A stretch of DNA of 63,432 bases, the filler included, from Octopus bimaculoides (lineage: Eukaryota): NCBI RefSeq assembly GCF_001194135.2. It is 5 parts of 5 records of this genome, joined end to end, with 100 filler letters (N's around TTAATTAATTAA, not from the genome) between each part and the next. Parts side by side here need not be neighbours in the genome. Positions count along the whole stretch, not along the records: positions 31,522 to 49,089 come from NC_068996.1; 4 more parts are not named here. One strand, given 5' to 3'. The stretch's first letter is position 1; each line of letters begins with the position of its first letter. The position numbers and the translations under genes are program-made. A model generated the notes under the pieces. That model saw only the letters and a list, made by a program, of their open reading frames with translations. It ran no database searches and was not told the origin of the DNA. Of this stretch, positions 34,949-48,443 are shown in pieces.

Positions 34949-35495
34949 AAAGCTTCAAGGAACGTATAGAGGCAAAGATGTGTGCGAGTGGCGAGCCTAA
35001 AAAAATTTTCGTTTTACCTCTAGGAAGAACGCCAGAGAATCGGACAACCGTACTCGAGTTTCACATTTTCAGGATACGATTGGTATTGGAAATCTGACTG
35101 GGCTTCATCGGCTAGGTCTACCTGAAGACTAAATTTAAAATATCCGCTGCATCAGTGCCTGTATGCTCGGCTGATAGCCCCAGCCATAAACAGAACCGAG
35201 ATCGGGAAAAAAGTTTTATATAAAAATTATAAATACTATTTTCGGTTCTGTTTACGGCTGGGGCAATCAGCCGAGTATACAGTCATTAATGTAGCGGATA
35301 TTTTAAATTTAGTCTTGAGGTAGCTCTAGCCGATGAAGACCAAACAAATTTACGATAACAATCGTATTCTGAGAAGACTGAGACTCGAGTACTAAGTTGT
35401 CCATTTCTATGGCGTTCTTCTTAGAGGTAAGACGAACATTTTTTTATGTTCGCTGCTCGCACACATCTTTGCCGCTATACATACCGTGAAGCTTT
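34949..35495. repeat. Foldback element, about 250-bp imperfect arms, carrying degenerate hammerheads
   Basis: AAGCTTC..GTATAG.GGCAAAGATGTGTGCGAG left end matches the reverse complement of the right end; AT-rich spacer ~35200-35240. Confidence 0.9.
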
Positions 35496-35544
35496 TATAA
35501 TTCTACATTTACGGTGCTTTTCGCTGGAAAATAATATATTCTTA

Positions 35545-35872
35545 GTCTTAGGTCCTCCTGTGAAGTGTGGCGTATTGAGCCGCAAGACTTCTCCAACGTG
35601 GTCAGTCGGTCGGCTGCGACGATTTCAGCTTCATCCTATGACATTTCAATGGCTTTGAGGGTACCGATGAAGATGCGGCGCCAAGTGGCTTTTGATCGCC
35701 CTTGTTTTCTCTTGCTATGCGGTGGCTTTTACAGAATGGCGGTTTTCGCATGCCGCGACGATTGTAATCGGAGGACATGGCCTGCGAATCGCAAGCGGCG
35801 CTCAGAGACAACGTCATGGAGTGGACGGGTATCAGTTCGGTGATGTATCTCTTCGTTGATGATGTGGTCTGG
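35545..35872 (-). mobile_element. RTE-clade LINE 3' end (second, older family)
   Basis: PDHIINEEIHHRTDTRPLHDVVSERRLRFAGHVLRL...AIL*KPP.SKRKQGRSKATWRR; CTAAGA-type tail. Confidence 0.85.
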
Positions 35873-35904
35873 TATAATACTATTGTACTGTAATAATATA
35901 TATA

Positions 35905-36230
35905 TATACTCTTTTACTTGTTTCAGTCATTTGACTCCGGCCATGCTGGCGCACCGCCTTTAGTCGAGCAAATCGACCCCAGGACTTATTCTTTGGAAGC
36001 CTAGTACTTATCCTATCGGTTCTTTTGCCGACACTGCTAAGTTCCAGTGACGTAAACACACCAACATCGGTTGTCAAGCGATGGTGGGGTGACAAACACA
36101 GACACACACACATAAAAAAACACACCCACATAGTAGAAGACACTTGCCCATGGTGCCACGCAGTGGGACTGAACCCGGAACCACGTGGTTGGGAATTGAA
36201 GCTCCTTACCACACAGGCAAGCCTGCGCCT
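35905..36230 (-). mobile_element. SINE family A with internal deletion
   Basis: Reverse complement of head and tail; part of the core is missing. Confidence 0.85.
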
Positions 36231-36313
36231 ATGCATCTATACTGTACATATATTAGCCTATACATAAAAAGTGTAAATACACAAATATATATGTATATAC
36301 TCGTGTTTATATA

Positions 36314-36550
36314 CAGTAATTCCTCGCCATATCGTGGTCCACCTATCGCGGTTCACTTATCGTGGTTTATTATTTAAGCTTACGTCGATTCCTCCGTGGC
36401 GTTGTTTTGCATTTATAATAAAATAAATATATACAAATTATAAAAATAATTTTTAAAAATATACAATACAGTACTGTTTCTACTTCGCGGATTTTCACCT
36501 AAGGCGATGAGTTTTAGAATGTAACACCCGTGATAGTTGAAGGATTGCTA
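36314..36550. mobile_element. Tigger/pogo-like MITE
   Basis: TA|CAGTAATTCCTCGCCATATCGTGG left TIR; degenerate right TIR CCCGTGATAGTTGAAGGATTGCTA. Confidence 0.6.
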
Positions 36551-38184
36551 TTTTTGTTTGTTTGTAAATGAAGGTGTTTTAATTTTCAGAAAGTAAAGAA
36601 AGAAAGCTATAGAAATGAAAGAAAAATAGGAAGAAAGAAAGACAGACAATGAAAAATGAGATATAAAGAAAATTTGAATGAAAAATAAATAAGAAAATAC
36701 TTATGTCTTTATGAAAGTAGTTAATGAAGGAAAGAAATCGTAAAAGGTAAGAAAAATTGAGAAGCGAAAAAGAAGAATGTTGGCGCGTGTGTTGTATGTA
36801 TGTGTTGGAGTAGAGATAGAATAGAAATGGAAGAAGGAGCAGGTGTGGAAGGCCGATGGTATCGATGAAACGACGAAGCCAATATTTCCATTGTCTGAGA
36901 TGTTGTAAGACAACACCTGGCAGAGAAGACATTCGTATTTATACAAGAATAGAGAGAAACACTGAACTGTTAGATATGGAAAACACAAAGCTTTTAAACA
37001 CAAATGAACTCTCTCACTCACTCCACTTGCCCATATTCACCGTCCCTCTCCTGCTTTACACCCTCAACCTTTCTCTTTCTCATAAATATACAACAGTTAG
37101 CATACATACGTATTCACGTATTTACACGTAGAGAGACATACGTAAATAATTATGGACGTATAAAAAATATGTTGGGTGAGATTGACAGTTGTCACTGTCG
37201 TTTTTATCTTTGCTGTTGTTCTTGCAAATGTTGCATTTGTTATTGTTTAACCCACCTCCAAAGTCAAGCGATTCATATATAAAAACAGCAGCAATCCAAC
37301 TGAAACCAACCTGTATTTTCCCTCAGCCCATGAACACAAGTCTTATGTAACGTTTTTCTCCTTTTTCAAACATTAATGAGATATGAAGGAGAGGTGAATG
37401 TTATTTCTAGAAGATAAATGGACCAGTTTGGAAATTTTTCGATACTTTGCGCAAAAAGACCTTGTATCAGATATGAATAATATAAAAAGTGGGTGTATTT
37501 GCATTTGTATGTGAATATATGCACGTGTATGTCAGCGTCTGTGTGTCGCCTGTGTAGGTATGGATATGTGTGAGTACTTATGCACCTATGTAAGAGCGTA
37601 CGTATATATTTATGTCTATCAACGCTGCATTTGTTCACACGGTACTTAAGTAGGAAAGAAGAAAAATAGTGTGAGTAAAGGAACGATAGACACAATTCTA
37701 CATGAACGCAATGAATAGTATGTATGTATGTATGTATGTATGTATGTATGTATGTATGTATGTATGTATGACTGTTTGTATGTATGTATATGTATGTATA
37801 TGTAAGTATGTATGTATGTATGTATGCNNNNNNNNNNNNNNNNNNNNNNNNNNNNNNNNNNNNNNNNNNNNNNNNNNNNNNNNNNNNNNNNNNNNNNNNN
37901 NNNNNNNNNNNNNNNNNNNNNNNNNNNNNNNNNNNNNNNNNNNNNNNNNNNNNNNNNNNNNNNNNNNNNNNNNNNNNNNNNNNNNNNNNNNNNNNNNNNN
38001 NNNNNNNNNNNNNNNNNNNNNNNNNNNNNNNNNNNNNNNNNNNNNNNNNNNNNNNNNNNNNNNNNNNNNNNNNNNNNNNNNNNNNNNNNNNNNNNNNNNN
38101 NNNNNNNNNNNNNNNNNNNNNNNNNNNNNNNNNNNNNNNNNNNNNNNNNNATATATATTTATGTATATATGTACGCATTTATGT

Positions 38185-39640
38185 ATGTATGTATGTATGT
38201 ATGTATATGTGCAGATTTGTATGTCTTGCTTTATGTATGTATTTTCAAACATATACCTGCATATCTAGACATGCTCATATATAATTAAATGATAAACTTC
38301 TGGAAAGTTTTACAGATTTTTGTTCAGTTCCAGTGATGGATTGGATCTGTAGTCTTCGAATTAACTTTCTCCTTCCTGGTTTTGAGAAGCCTAATTTCTC
38401 AAGATTGGTATTTAGCCAGTGAGTTACATATTCCAGTGTCCCGATAATTACAGGTATAAACCTGAACTTGTAATCTGAATAGAGTAGTTGTAGATTCCTC
38501 AATACTTCATCGTAGTTAGTTTCTTTTTCGCTGATTTTCAGCTTTATGTTGACATCTGCTGGGCAGCTGATTTCTACAACTGTGCACAGCTTCTCTTCTC
38601 TATACCAAATCATTATATCAGGTCTATTGTGTATATATATTATTGATATTTTCACAGGGACATTTCATCAGTACTCCTTTTTATTATGAGTGGCTATGGC
38701 TTCTACCATACTGTAGGTTTTTATTTATTTGTCCTCGGGATTATCCTTCCAACGGATTTCATTATAGAGTGTCCTAGCTACATCGTCATGTCTCTTCGGT
38801 AGATAATACCGTGATGACATTTTTGGACAACTGCTTATGATGTGGATGATATCTTCGGTGTTATCTCCACAAAATATGCATCGGTTATCACATTTAACGG
38901 CTTTTCCTGCATCTCAATCCCTTTTGTTCATCAGGTACTTGGTTGATAATTCCTGTTGCTGGATTGCAAATACATACCCTTAAGAGTGGGAGGTAGTAAC
39001 CAGTTATTGGTCCATAATAGACTGCTTTGATGATCAATGTTACAATAATCGCGGAGCTTTCCTCTAACATATCCATGCATGGTCTTCTGTTCATTTATGC
39101 TCATCTTTTCATCTGATGATAGGTTACGGTTGAATCGTGAAACTTCTTTGGGCATGTATTCTATGTTCTCAGACAAGGAATGCTGCTCAAGGAGCTGCTT
39201 TCCCAGTTTCATGATGTTATCAGCTTCATGTATGCAAACTTGGTCAAGGGATGCCTTTTGACCCTTGGTGGTTAAAAGATATTGCCGAAGTGATATGATG
39301 CAACATTCAAAGGCAATCTGGATTGACGTTAAGCCTCTGTCGCCTTCTCTTTGTCCAATCAAGCAGCGCAAATGTTGGAATGAGTACTGACACTACAAAC
39401 ACATTGTAGGCCACAGTTTTATTGAATGCAGATAGTTCCTAACCCTAACCCTAACCCTAACCCTATATTCCCTTTATTTGGTTGTAATATTCCTTAGCGA
39501 AACGTGTCCTATTACAAGTGTCATCCTGAGATATTTTTTCATTCACCGGAAGGTACTTGTAACATTCCTCATCAGATACAATGAAAACAGTTAATTGATG
39601 TAGACGCTATTCTTGTGTTTTACAGTTTTCCCTCTTTTTA
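38185..39640 (-). mobile_element. R4/Dong-like RLE retrotransposon, 5'-truncated copy 1
   Basis: HNRPDIMIWYREEKLCTVVEISCPAD endonuclease motif, C..C...EDI.HII.SC knuckle, RHDDVA; (CATA)n tail. Confidence 0.85.
39438..39465. repeat. Short interstitial (CCCTAA)n telomeric-type repeat, about 4.7 units
   Basis: CCTAACCCTAACCCTAACCCTAACCCTA. Confidence 0.9.
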
Positions 39641-39787
39641 GTTTGCATATATGTGTATATATATCTATGTATGTACGTATGCATGTATATATGTATGTAT
39701 GTTTTATTGATATGTGTGTGTATGGGTATTGTTTAATGCGTGACTAGTAATTATAGACATATTTAAAGTGCAATCATTTCACATATT

Positions 39788-39833
<46 letters not shown>

Positions 39834-39912
39834 TGATTTCTTATATTTGCTATCATGGTGAAGAACGAGGGACACAATACAAACACAGATACAAAGTGTG
39901 GTGTTTACAATA

Positions 39913-39945
<33 letters not shown>

Positions 39946-40348
39946 CGAAGAAGAAGAAGAAGAAGAAGAAGAAGAAGAAGAAGAAGAAGAAGAAGAAGGA
40001 GAAGAAGAAGAAGAAGAAGAAGAAGGAGAAGAAGAAGAAGAAGAAGAAGAAGAAGAAGACGAAGAAGAAGAAGAAGAAGAAGAATTGGAAGAAGAAGAAG
40101 AAGAAGAAGAAGAAGAAGAAGAAGAAGAAGAAGAAGAAGAAGAAGAAGAAGAAGAAGAAGAAGAAGAAGAAGGAGAAGAAGAAGAAGAAGAAGAAGAAGG
40201 AGAAGAAGAAGAAGAAGAAGAAGAAGAAGAAGACGAAGAAGAAGAAGAAGAAGAAGAATTGGAAGAAGAAGAAGAAGAAGAAGAAGAAGAAGAAGAAGAA
40301 GAAGAAGAATTGGAAGAAGAAGAAGAAGAAGAAGAAGAAGAAGAAGAT
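39946..40348. repeat. About 400-bp (AAG)n microsatellite with patterned interruptions
   Basis: Direct reading; source of the poly-K/E/R and poly-L/S/F ORFs. Confidence 0.98.
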
Positions 40349-40519
40349 TTTTTATTGAACGACAGAACATATCTAAAAAATCTGAAAACTGCCATAAAGA
40401 AAAATAATAATAAAGGAATTGTCTAAGTATCCTCCACACGTCGATCCTGAGAGTACCAGCCATGAGCAAAGTAGGAGTAAAAATGATAGAATATATAAAA
40501 TATGTGACGAGTAGGAGTA

Positions 40520-40918
40520 GGAGAGGCTGTGTGGTAAGTAGCTTGCTTACCAACCACATGGTTCCGGGTTCATTCCCACTGCGTGGCACCTTGGGCAAGT
40601 GTCTTCTACTATAGCCTCGGGCCGACCAAAGCCTTGTGAGTGGATTTGGTAGACGGAAACTGAAAGAAGCCCGTCGTATATATGTATGTGTGTGTGTTTG
40701 TGTGTATGTGTTTGTTCGACCAACATCGCTTGACAACTGATGCTGGTGTGGTTACGTCCACGTAACTTACTGGTTCGGCAAAAGAGACCGATAGAATAAG
40801 TACTAGGCTTCCAAAGAATAAGTCCTGGGCTCGATCTGCTCGACTAAAGGCGGTGCTCCAGCATGGCGGCAGTCGAATGACTGAAACAAGTAAAAGAGTA
40901 AAAGAGAGTAAAGAGTAA
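40520..40918 (+). mobile_element. tRNA-derived SINE family A, full length
   Basis: GGCTGTGTGGTAAG A-box and GGTTCA B-box head, CCTTGGGCAAGTGTCTT core, internal (TA)/(TG)n, (AAAGAGT)n tail; more than 10 copies in the window. Confidence 0.92.
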
Positions 40919-41358
40919 GTTGACTCTTCTACACATGTTAAACGGCGGTGCATCAGCATGGCCGCAGCTCTGAGCTGAAACTATAGGAAAAAAATTTTTT
41001 AAAAATTGAATATTTATTAGCATAGCCGTCCCGGTAACAAGACCCGGTTTCAACAATCTTAACTGGACACTTAACTGTCTAGCTAAACCAGACGAATAAA
41101 CAAGAAAAATGATAACTGCATTTAGAATACACCACCCAAAATCTGAAATAGAAACGTTATATATTCAGCGAATTGAAGATGTTAGATGTCTTATGCAACT
41201 AGAAAACTATCATAAAATATCCACGATATGATTATAAAACTATATAATTCAGAAAAAAAAAACTAGAAAGAAGTCTTGACATCTTATAAATATGAAAATA
41301 AAGCAAACAAAAATTAATTAGAAAGAAAAAAATTCAGAGAGAGAGAAAAACAACAAAA

Positions 41359-41451
<93 letters not shown>

Positions 41452-42744
41452 ACTACTACTACTGCTACTACTGTGAGAAAGCAATGCATCATCATTACCC
41501 GTCTGAAAAGGGTACACCAGGCATATGCATCACAAACATATGTGCGGGACATGGTGATCTCATATTAAGATAAACAGCGCATGACCTTGCATGTGGGGCC
41601 TAGTTAGAATTTTCTTCAGGTCGAGTAGCCCATCCCACTCAAAAGGTCCCTGAATAAGGGTTGTTTAAGGATGTTGAACGAACCACCCATGTTTCCAAAG
41701 GTGAATTATTCAAACCTCAAATAATTCCTCTCAACACATGGCTATGATGCTCCCCCACTACTTCTGCTCGTGATCAGAGATGCACATATCGTCAGCCACC
41801 AAAGGACATGCTCAACTGGTTAAGGTCAAACAACTGACAAGCAAAATTGTGGTATTAAGTAGAATATTTGCTGTAGTCCATTTTTAATACCAAGACAAAA
41901 CAATGTACATGATAACACCTCCAATCAGTTAAGATTAGAAGCCATGAGAGGTAGGGCCTGGTACCGCATCAGGGCGTTATCATCATCATCATTATTATTT
42001 GTAAAATGTTTTTTGTTACAACTAGTGATTATATTCTTGTACTGTTGAAATAAACTAAACTGTCATTGTTCCAGAAGCAATATTTGATTGGTGCAACGAC
42101 TTTTTGTAAGATAACACTGGTTTGCGAAAGTTTAAGAAGTGTAAATGATACAAACTCCGTGCATTCTTTGAATGAAGACACACTGAACTGGTTTCCTTCA
42201 ACTGTACAATAACTCAGTCACTATTCGTAACAAAGAGACAGGTTTCTACCTCAGGGACTCTACTGACGAACAAGTCGCAGTCAAAATGAAAACACCACTT
42301 TTCTATAGAACGTCTTCGTCAATATTTTTGCAGTAGTGGGTATCTTCGACTTTAGAGTATGTAGCGATAGTACTGTTAACAAAGTCATTTGAGTTGAACA
42401 GTGCTATTTTTTTGCAATCTTTCTACGGTTTGGTCCAGAGGGAGAAGTTGCTAATCCAAAGGCATTACCTGGCTGCCAGAGTAGTGAGATCGAATGGGGG
42501 CTAACATTCCTCTTGGTTTGCTGCAGATTGAGGGTTGCAGGCAAAACATGCGTAAGGTATGATTTATTAGGAAACTGCCATACTGGGTAGGAAAAAAGAT
42601 AGAAACAGTTAAAGTGGGGCCAGAGTGTGAGTTAGGGTTAACACAATGAGAGTGGAGGATAATGTGATGTATGTGTTAATATGTGGTGATATGTCGGATC
42701 AAGGACGGATCAGGGTCATATGTGGATGTCCAAGTTTGAATCCA

Positions 42745-42800
<56 letters not shown>

Positions 42801-43044
42801 ATGTATATGTATACATACAAATGAATGTGTGTATCTTTTAACTTTTATTTGTTTCAGTCATTCGTCTGCGGCCATGCTGGGGCACCGCCTATTGCATGTG
42901 TGTGTGTGTTTTGTGTGTGTGTGTATGTGTGTGTGTATGTGTGTATGTACGTATATATATATATATATATATATATACATAAACGAGTATGTAAATGTAT
43001 AAATACATATGCATATATGCATGTGTATATACATATATATATAT

Positions 43045-43090
<46 letters not shown>

Positions 43091-43862
43091 GTATATATAT
43101 ATACATATATATATATATTCGTATACACATAATTGAATGCACACACACACTCACATACACACACACATTTATACTGGCACATAGATTCTCTCTCGTCATC
43201 GAAGATGATTCAATGTTCTGGATACCCTCTGTCTAAAACACAGATGCATGCTCAAATAAGGCATTCTTAACAAATTCACCGCACTAATCATTTATCAAAC
43301 CCTTGACTTGTCAAGCAACGATAACAACCGATTAAGTAACTAAAGTGGCTTCTTGTGTCTTCAACCCTTATTTAACTGGAGTGACGACAAGGAAATGCCT
43401 TAATCTTGGTTTCTAGCCGTTTGTGCTCTGTTGGAAGTGGATTGGTAAGGGTTTGTATGCTGGTTTTTGCAACTGTGTGTGTGCGTGTGTGTATGCGTGC
43501 ATATGTGTGTATGTGTGCATGTTAGAGAGAGAGAGAGAAATAGAGAGATAGATAGAGTATGCACGTGTGTGTGTTTGTGCGTGCGTAGTTCGTACTGGTA
43601 TATGTGTTTGTCTATGCTTGTACATGTCTACGGGATGAAATTGCGGGCGACAATGCAGACTCTTATTAATGTGTCCTTGTGTTTTTGCCAATATTAGAAC
43701 ACATCTACGGGTTTATGTAAGCACACATACACACACACGCACATACATGCACACATACACACGCGCTGCATACATATAAATATATATATGTATAAGTCTG
43801 TGTATATGTATGTACATGTATTCATATATATGCATACATATGTATATGTATATTATATATAT

Positions 43863-43931
<69 letters not shown>

Positions 43932-44761
43932 TAGATAGATAGATAGATACAAACTCACGCGCACACACACACACATATATATATGCATCTATATGTGCGT
44001 ATATGTATGCATGTGTGAGTAAGCAATATATGTATATTATTCATGTACGTGCGTAAAATTCTTTTTCTTACCTATGCAATTATTTATTTATAATTTTCTT
44101 GCGTATTTATATTATATGTTGTTGTATTACTGACACAGTTATTTCTTCCATGGGAAAAGAAATACATCTTCCAAGTTTGTTTCTGTGTAAATTTAATATG
44201 AAATTAATTAGAAAGAAAAGAAAAAAAAACGAAAAACAAATGCCAAGAGAAAACCTGAAGTAAGAAATGTAAATAACAGAAAAAATAAATGGGCATAAAA
44301 AAAATAAAGATGAAAACAAATGAACGTGAATAAAGAATATTACATCAACAACCGGGTTAAGGCAAAACTCAGATGAAAGTAATAGAAGATTAAGCGGAAG
44401 AAAGAATAGAAGAAGAAAGAATTACAGGAAAGAACTTGAACACCTAGCTGAAGAGACCGTTAGAAAGTTATCCATGCATACATACATCCATACAAACATA
44501 CATGCATACATACATACATACATGCATGCATGCATATATATATATGCGTACATATATACAAACATACATGTATGTATATGTATGTATATGCATACATATA
44601 TATATTTTTGTATCCAAACATATATATATGTATATACATATATGTATACATACATACATACATACATACATATAAGTATATACATATTTACTTGTTTATA
44701 TGTATATATACACGTATATCTATAGACTCCCCAAAACACACAAATAATACACACGCATTCA

Positions 44762-44813
<52 letters not shown>

Positions 44814-44844
44814 GAAATGAGATAATTAGATAGATAGATAGTAA

Positions 44845-44898
<54 letters not shown>

Positions 44899-45376
44899 TG
44901 ACAGATATGTAACAATATTATGGAAGAGAAGAACAAAAGAAAGTATAAGAAACAAGCATAAATGATTAAATGAAAAGTAGAAAGAAAAAGAAATAAAGGA
45001 AAAATGGAGAGTGAAATGAAAGTAATAGGGTTGAAACGGATTAAAAGGAAAAAAGGAAAAAAGTCACAAAAGGGAAAGCGTCAGCAATAGGGGTACAATA
45101 TATTTTCAAAACCTTCACCACTAAAGGGGGCAGACATACTTGACAAAAGGATCAGGGTGGTTCCCTTTTAGTGGTTGTTGTTTTTTAATAGGATTAATAT
45201 TCCCCCATGTAGTCAAAAACAAAAGAAAGGATATAAAGAATGAAATGTGTTGATGGGTGGTAAAGAGAATTGGAAGGGTTGGGCAAGGTCGTGAAAAAAA
45301 TGACAATAAAGTGTACACATAAATAAGCAAGACATTTTTAATATCATGTATATATGTGTATATATATATATATATT

Positions 45377-45779
45377 AGGAGTGGCTGTGTGGTAAGTAGC
45401 TTGCTTACAAACCACATGGTCCCGGGTTCAGTCCCACTACGTGGCATCTTGGACAGGTGTCTCCTACTATAGCCTCGGGCCGACCAAAGCCTTGTGAGTG
45501 GATTTGGTAGACAGAAACTGAAAGAAGCCCGTCGTATATATGTATATATATATATATGTATGTATGTGTTTGTGAGTCTGTGTTTGTCCCCCCAACATCG
45601 CTTGACAACCGATGCTGGTGTGTTTATGTCCCCGTAACTTAGCGGTTCAGCAAAAGAGACCGATAGAATAAGTACTAGGCTTCCAAAGAATAAGTCCTGG
45701 GGTCGATTTGCTCGACTAAAAAGGCGGTGCTCCAGCATGGCCACAGTCAAAAGACTGAAACAAGTAAAAGAGTAAAAGA
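45377..45779 (+). mobile_element. SINE family A, full length
   Basis: Near-identical to 40520-40918 and 52358-52772. Confidence 0.92.
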
Positions 45780-46282
45780 NNNNNNNNNNNNNNNNNNNNN
45801 NNNNNNNNNNNNNNNNNNNNNNNNNNNNNNNNNNNNNNNNNNNNNNNNNNNNNNNNNNNNNNNNNNNNNNNNNNNNNNNNNNNNNNNNNNNNNNNNNNNN
45901 NNNNNNNNNNNNNNNNNNNNNNNNNNNNNNNNNNNNNNNNNNNNNNNNNNNNNNNNNNNNNNNNNNNNNNNNNNNNNNNNNNNNNNNNNNNNNNNNNNNN
46001 NNNNNNNNNNNNNNNNNNNNNNNNNNNNNNNNNNNNNNNNNNNNNNNNNNNNNNNNNNNNNNNNNNNNNNNNNNNNNNNNNNNNNNNNNNNNNNNNNNNN
46101 NNNNNNNNNNNNNNNNNNNNNNNNNNNNNNNNNNNNNNNNNNNNNNNNNNNNNNNNNNNNNNNNNNNNNNNNNNNNNNNNNNNNNNNNNNNNNNNNATAT
46201 ATATATATATATATATATATATACTCTTTTACTCTTTTCCTCGTTTCAGCCACGTAACTGGTAACTGTGGTCATGCTGGAGC

Positions 46283-47640
46283 ACCATCATGGTCTCTCTG
46301 ACTTCCTCAGTCTGGGTGTTTCACATTTCCACTCTTGTATGTGCCTTTCTCCCAGCTGTTGGTACATTTGATGTATAACTGAGTTTGATTCCGCTGCCCT
46401 CGTCTGTACCTTATGTCGGACTGTTGGTTGATCCGGCATTGTGGAGAGGAGGATGTTTAATTTCCTTTTGAAGACATCTACTTCCACATTATGTAAATTT
46501 ATTTAATTTTTGTGGCATGGTATTGAAAAACTGTGGACCTTTGAACCCTAGATTATTGCAATACCTAGTTCTGAATTTAGATGGAGTGGATAGTACCTTT
46601 GGTGCAATGCAATGGTAGCCGGTTCTGGCATTTGTATAATAATCAATGCCAAAGTTAGGTACTAGCCCTTCTAGGATTTTCCATATGTATATTATTGCGA
46701 ATCTGCCACGCCTTCGTTCTAAGGAGTAAAACTGTAGTTTTCTCTGCCTACAACTATAGCTCATCCACTACACTGATTCGTCATTGCACATGCTAATCCC
46801 CAAGTCTTTCACTGCCTGTGACTCTGGGATTGTAGTGCCCTCGGGTCCTGTAAATGTAGATTGTACTGTATTTGAACTGAGTTTATATTGCAGTGCTTGA
46901 AATTTTCCAGCATTAAACTGCATGTTGTTTATTTCGTCCCACTTGTATACTGAGTTCAAGCCCTGCTGTAAGCTTGTAATATCCTCTTGGTTTTTTCTGC
47001 CTATGATAATTTTGTGTCATCAGCATAGCTAGAGACAGTGGCTGTCTGAGTGACTGTGGGCAACAGTAAGGGTCCCACAACAGTTCCCTAGGGGACACCA
47101 CTTACAATTTCAATTTCCTCAGAAAGGGCGCCATTGGCTGCAACTACCTGACTTCTGTTTTTAATTAAGTCATGCAGCCATTCTCCCAGTTTACCAGCGA
47201 TACCAAGGTCTCGTAGTTTATGATTTATCATGTCATGATCTACCTTAACAAATGCCTTTGCAAAGTCAAGTTATATCACACTGAGATCTGAATGGTCAAA
47301 CAGCTATTTCAAAAGCCAGTCATAGTGCTGAAGGAGCTGTGTGAGGCAGCTTCTTCGTGTTGTTCAGTAGATCATTTTCTTCTAGGAACATTATCAACTT
47401 CTTTCTGATGATTCGCTCCATGAATTTACTGATATGCGAAGTCAGAGATATTGGCCTGTAGTTTTGGGCCTCTGCTCTGCTTCCACCTTTGTGGGTAGGG
47501 TATATAATACCTTCTTTCAACTTTTTTTAGGAATTATACCACTTGCAAGGAAACTTTGGAAAAGTTTCTGAAGTGGTTTCGCTAAAGCTTGCTTACATGA
47601 CTTTAGAAGAATAGCTGGAAAGCAATCAGGACTCGTGCAT
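46283..47640 (-). mobile_element. CR1/L2 (Jockey-group) LINE, decayed RT and 3' end
   Basis: NYRPISLTSHISKFMERIIRKKL, DFAKAF, GVP.GTVVGPLL, YADDTKL, MQFNAGKFQAL, YSLERRRGRF. Confidence 0.88.
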
Positions 47641-48383
47641 ATATGCATACGTATATTACATCTATNNNNNNNNNNNNNNNNNNNNNNNNNNNNNNNNNNN
47701 NNNNNNNNNNNNNNNNNNNNNNNNNNNNNNNNNNNNNNNNNNNNNNNNNNNNNNNNNNNNNNNNNNNNNNNNNNNNNNNNNNNNNNNNNNNNNNNNNNNN
47801 NNNNNNNNNNNNNNNNNNNNNNNNNNNNNCTACAAAAGTACGAAGCATGAGAACATGGAATATGAACTACTTTTTTCGAACAACGAAAGACACGAATGGA
47901 AAACAAAACAAACAACATAAAGAACGACCCTTCATCAGTTGTTGGCTGTTTTTCTAGCTTCGTATTTCGAGCATTTAACAACAATATACGCTTTCGATAA
48001 AACAGTTGCTCCCGCAAAGCAAGTTAAATAAAATTTGGGATTTTGCGGACGGTCAAAATAGGTAACACAAACAAGACAGTGAAAATAAACAGGGAGGGCT
48101 GCTAAGCATAAACGAGGTTGTGGTGGCGAATGAGTAAATCGAGCTAGGACGGGAGACAAACAAGAACACGTCTTCCGTGTTCCAGCTACAACGGAAAGGA
48201 AGAAAGATGGCCGATGATCACGTAGGAGCCACGTGAGCAAGGGAGCAGGAGTGAGGGCGAGAGAGTGACAGAGCAATAGGATATAACAGTGGGAGAAGAG
48301 GAGGTAACAGAATAAGAGAGAGAAAAAGAGAAAAAACGAAAGAGTAAAAAGATCGTATAGAGTGCGCATCAGAATTATCGATA

Positions 48384-48443
<60 letters not shown>

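Noticed and set aside
35660-35875. Plus-strand RT-like words (RQ..SPLFSL, FVDDVV)
   Set aside because: The minus strand gives a coherent RTE C-terminus; the plus-strand match is coincidental antisense.
39114-39150. CTGATGA...GAAAC on the + strand
   Set aside because: It lies antisense within the R4/Dong ORF, has no helices, and the paralogous copy lacks GAAA.
42075-42105. 31-nt ag..gt segment (AIFDWCNDF)
   Set aside because: Too short, no compatible partner exon, and such matches are expected by chance.
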